From Macrostomum lignano (taxonomy: Eukaryota): a DNA stretch of 64,000 nt. The position numbers were made by a program, and so were the translations under genes. Below, piece after piece: positions 56,491 to 64,000 of the stretch; position 1 is the stretch's first letter; every line of letters begins with the position of its first letter. Below the pieces are notes generated by a model. It was not told where the DNA came from, did no database searches, and saw nothing but the letters and a program-made list of their open reading frames with translations. The stretch covers positions 62,001-126,000 of the forward strand of contig NIVC01002821.1 in NCBI GenBank assembly GCA_002269645.1, in the 5' to 3' direction.

Positions 56491-58095
56491 TTTTAAGATA
56501 GTTTTGTTATATACCTTAAATAACGTTACGGCTTTTTGACGGCAACAAGAAAGCGTCAAAAAGAAAATCAGATAAAAGAATTTTAAAGAAATACGTTCCA
56601 GACATTAGAACTTTGTCGCTTTTGGATCTGCCATGCAATGGGTATCAAAATAATTCACTCACGTATATGAAAACAATTAAAAAGGCTGTATCAGCTACGA
56701 AAATGTGGTAAATTCCTCACTAGCTAATTACATTTTAGTAGTTTTGGCTCAGACTTAGACAGACAGAGCTAGGTGAAGATCTAGGGCATTCACATAAATC
56801 TTCAAACGAAATCAGACTGCCTCCCAGAACATGTTAAAAACATTGTTTTAGGACCATTCTATCATTTATTTAAATATCTAATAAATGTAGGCCTACTGCC
56901 TACACCAAAAAGTGTCATTTGATCATTCAAAATAGGCCTATTTTTTGCAAATAAGACACTCTTCAACTCTATAAATTAAATTAAAGAGCATTATTGCCAA
57001 ATCAGGCTAACAATATATTTGTAAATAAATAATTAAATCATATATATATAAATATATATAGCAATAGCATATACTGCATATTCTCATATTCATTAAACAT
57101 AATTTAAGATAGTTTTCTAAGTTATAGGCAAAACTAATAAGCAAAACTTGGACTATAGATTTTATTGTATGTTTGAAGTTATAGGCTTATATAATATAGA
57201 CTCTATGTTTAAAATAGTTAAAAGACTCTAGTCTATGTTTTTCTAAAGTAGGCCTAAATGTTTGAAAATATAAGATTATAGTATGACAATAATAATCTTG
57301 ATTTAATTAAGCTTTTATATAGTGTTCTTGTGTTTTTAATAATATATAAACATAATTATTAGTTATATTTAATTTCATAATAGATACATGCTATTTTTGC
57401 AATTTTTTTCTTTTTGTTTTACTGTATAATCATACATGCCCAACCTTAAAATTTTACTAGGTACAACTTAGTTTTTCCCAATTGCAACTTAGTTCCTCTC
57501 AATTGCACTTTTCACTTTGTATATGACTTTTCTTGCCTTTTACTCTTTTCTTTTCTTTCTCTTTCTCTTTCCTCTTTCTCCTCTCTTTCTTTCTCCTTTC
57601 TTTTTTCTTTTCCTCTCCTTTCTTCTCCCAATTTTTGTTTTTTGCATTTTTTTATAACTAGGCCTAACCTTGGACAGTGGCCATTTCACTTGTCTAGTTT
57701 GGATGGGTTGGATAGGTGTTAGGCATGTATGTATATGATTCTAAGATATAGTATAATATTTAAAATGCAGGTGGAATTCAATTTTGTAACCTTCTTCTCA
57801 TGTTGCCCTCCTGATTGGTTGAGCTAGGCCTATATATCCATTTCTATTCACTAAGATCATTAAATTGTTACCAGATTATTTACCAATAAAACATAAAAAT
57901 ATTTATAATAAAAATTAGCTGTTTACACTCAAACTAATAATCTGCTACAATATCAATAGGTTAGTTATTTCAATTAGAAATAGAATGAATAATTAGTTTT
58001 TAGATTTATTTAAAAAATTGATCATTTTTTAAACATTTATTTGTTTCTTGAATTCATTTTTAGTAAAATTTCTTAATACCAAACAAACAAAACAA

Positions 58096-58096
58096 G

Positions 58097-58123
<27 letters not shown>
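58096..58123. repeat. (TA)n microsatellite
   Basis: Direct reading. Confidence 0.95.
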
Positions 58124-58131
<8 letters not shown>

Positions 58132-58577
58132 GCTATAGTTGTTATAAATAATAAAAAAGTTTTGCATGAATTTTAGGTTTGTTATAGCTAAAGAGTTATA
58201 GCCTAATGGTTAATGTTATGACTAAATAAATGTTAGTTATAAAGTGGCCAATATCACTAGCTTTAGATATAGAAAATATACATTCCTGTAACAATATTTG
58301 TATCTATATGTTCTGTCTAAAAACCTCCATATTCATAACTTCCCATAGCCATATCCATAGCTATGACCAACTCTAGGACCTAATTACCCTAAAATCAAGT
58401 TTCAGTTGTGGGTGTCAGCAGGAGAAAGATTTCATCTGATTTTTTCAATTTTCATATTCATATTCATATTTAGAAATATTGATGGTTCATTCCATCTCTA
58501 GCATTAATATCCTGTTTTACCTGCTCATTGGTTAGTAACAATAATTTTTTATTAGTGAAGCAATGTGCCAATCTTAG

Positions 58578-58903
58578 GCATAAGCAGCCATATGCTAATC
58601 ATAGGCATAAGCAACCATATGCACTAATCATAGGCATAAGCAACCATATGCTAATCATAGGCATAAGCAACCATATGCTAATCATAGGCATAAGCAACCA
58701 TATGCTAATCATAGGCATAAGCAGCCATATGCTAATCATAGGCATAAGCAGCCATATGCTAATCATAGGCATAAGCAACCATATGCTAATCATAGGCATA
58801 AGCAGCCATATGCTAATCATAGGCATAAGCAACCATATGCTAATCATAGGCATAAGCAACCATATGCTAATCATAGGCATAAGCAGCCAAATGCTAATCA
58901 TAG
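58578..58903. repeat. 27-bp minisatellite ataggcataagcaaccatatgctaatc just upstream of the ATP synthase beta ATG
   Basis: ~12 copies ending about 15 nt before the ctgcag acceptor. Confidence 0.96.
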
Positions 58904-58923
58904 CAAGCTGAAAACTGCAGACC

Positions 58924-62656
<3,733 letters not shown>

Positions 62657-63007
62657 AGCGGCGATGAACCCGTCTGAACTCGAAGCTTTAGCCCGTCGGC
62701 TCTTCAGTTACTAAACATAATTTTAATAGATAGCTATGAACATATGATAGACCGGTAGCTAAGACCTCCTTGACTGAGAAATACAAGTTTCCTTCTGTCT
62801 TCATTACTAGTTATTATCACCAGCCGCAAGAACCGTTCAATTCCTTTATTGAACCAAATGTTTGAATTTGTTTCCTATCTTTAAGCGATGATTTATAAAG
62901 TTATAGGTTTTTTGTTTAAATTTTGGCTTTAAAATGAGCCACTCTAGTACTACATATACTACTATGCTGAATGCTATACTGAATCGAGGCGGATAATATT
63001 GCTTGGA

Positions 63008-63024
63008 AATAAATATTAAATAAA
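63008..63024 (+). terminator. Tandem AATAAA polyadenylation signals of ATP synthase beta
   Basis: AATAAA at 63008-63013 and 63019-63024, about 350 nt after the stop. Confidence 0.6.
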
Positions 63025-63114
63025 ACCTGATAGCTCGAGGTTGCGCTTGTGACGGCTGCCAAGTCTTAGGCTCCCGTTTATTTATTTTAATTTTTTTGCA
63101 TGCATCGCTTAATC

Positions 63115-63550
63115 ATTAGGCCACTCTTAGTGTTGCATTAGAGCAATAGGACTTTATCATTAGGTCACTCTTAGAGTCGCACATTAGAGCAGTAGGACTT
63201 CATAATTAGGTCACTCTTAGAGTCGCACATTAGAGCAGTAGGACTTCATCATTAGGTCACTCTTAGAGTCGCACATTAGAGCAGTAGGACTTCATCATTA
63301 GGTCACTCTGAGTCGCACATTAGAGCAGTAGGACTTCATCATTAGGTCACTCTGAGTCGCACATTAGAGCAGTAGGACTTCATCATTAGGTCACTCTGAG
63401 TCGCACATTAGAGCAGTAGGACTTCATCATTAGGTCACTCTGAGTCGCACATTAGAGCAGTAGGACTTCATCATTAGGTCACTCTGAGTCGCACATTAGA
63501 GCAGTAGGACTTCATCATTAGGCCACTCTGAGTCGCACATTAGAGCAGTA
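63115..63550. repeat. 44-46-bp minisatellite filling the beta-g intergenic gap
   Basis: cattaggtcactct(ta)gagtcgcacattagagcagtaggacttcat, ~9-10 copies. Confidence 0.95.
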
Positions 63551-63600
63551 AATCGCATTCCAAACGCAATCGCCCACCCATCGGCTCTCTCTCTCATGCG

Positions 63601-63930
63601 ATGAGCGCCCTGGTGAAGTCCGTGGCCTCAGCCACCCAGTCTGGCATCCGCAGCGCCGGCCCCAAGCTGTCGAAGTTTTGGCGATACGCCCGCGTCGAGC
63701 TGAAGCCGCCGACGCCCGCCGAGGTGCCGCAGATCTCGGCCGAGTTCGGCAAGCTGATGCAGGCGGCCAGGCGGCAGAACTGGCGCGAGCTGACGGTCGC
63801 CCAGTGCCTGGTGAGCACCGGAGTGGCGGTGGAGGTCGCCTGCTGGTTTTTCTTTGGCGAGATCATCGGCCGCCGGTCCATCATCGGCTACAGCCGCGTA
63901 CCGCACGGCTTCCACGTGCACTCGCTGTGA
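63601..63930 (+). CDS. ATP5MG: Mitochondrial Fo ATP synthase subunit g, 109 aa, single exon
   Basis: GPKLSKFWRYARVELKPPTPAEVP, WRELTV...EVACWFFFGEIIGRRSIIGY (GxxxG) typical of subunit g. Confidence 0.95.
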   Translation: MSALVKSVASATQSGIRSAGPKLSKFWRYARVELKPPTPAEVPQISAEFGKLMQAARRQNWRELTVAQCLVSTGVAVEVACWFFFGEIIGRRSIIGYSRVPHGFHVHSL

Positions 63931-64000
63931 GCCGCGGCTCTCGGACAGAACACAGACTCGAATAGTTTATAAACTTTACTACTGTGGATTTAGGTCGGTC

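Overview
Eukaryotic (animal) genomic DNA with spliceosomal introns, GC-rich exons and repeat-stuffed introns. The style suggests a macrostomid flatworm such as Macrostomum, but this is inference only. Bases 1404-45868 (minus strand) hold one axonemal dynein heavy chain gene of about 47 exons and about 5,400 aa. It is most like the outer-arm gamma/DNAH5-8 type but strongly divergent: the AAA1 sensor-II Arg is replaced by Asn, the AAA4 P-loop is degenerate, and the linker and microtubule-binding domain carry large inserts. There are also at least four 1-nt frameshifts, probably assembly errors. About 30 of its 46 introns each carry a different tandem repeat, often starting at or copying the splice site; two pairs of these arrays are mutually complementary in the pre-mRNA. 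The 46-58 kb interval has essentially no such arrays and is transposon debris: an intact SAP-domain gag-like ORF, Crypton-like tyrosine recombinase halves in permuted order, and an internally deleted Tc1-like element nested in another TIR element. It also holds a small secreted Ly6/three-finger-like gene. The window ends with mitochondrial ATP synthase beta (5 exons) and ATP synthase g (single exon) in tandem on the plus strand, a candidate operon. Two tRNA-derived SINEs sit in dynein introns, one with a 13-bp target-site duplication. All exon boundaries and protein family calls were made by eye without database searches.
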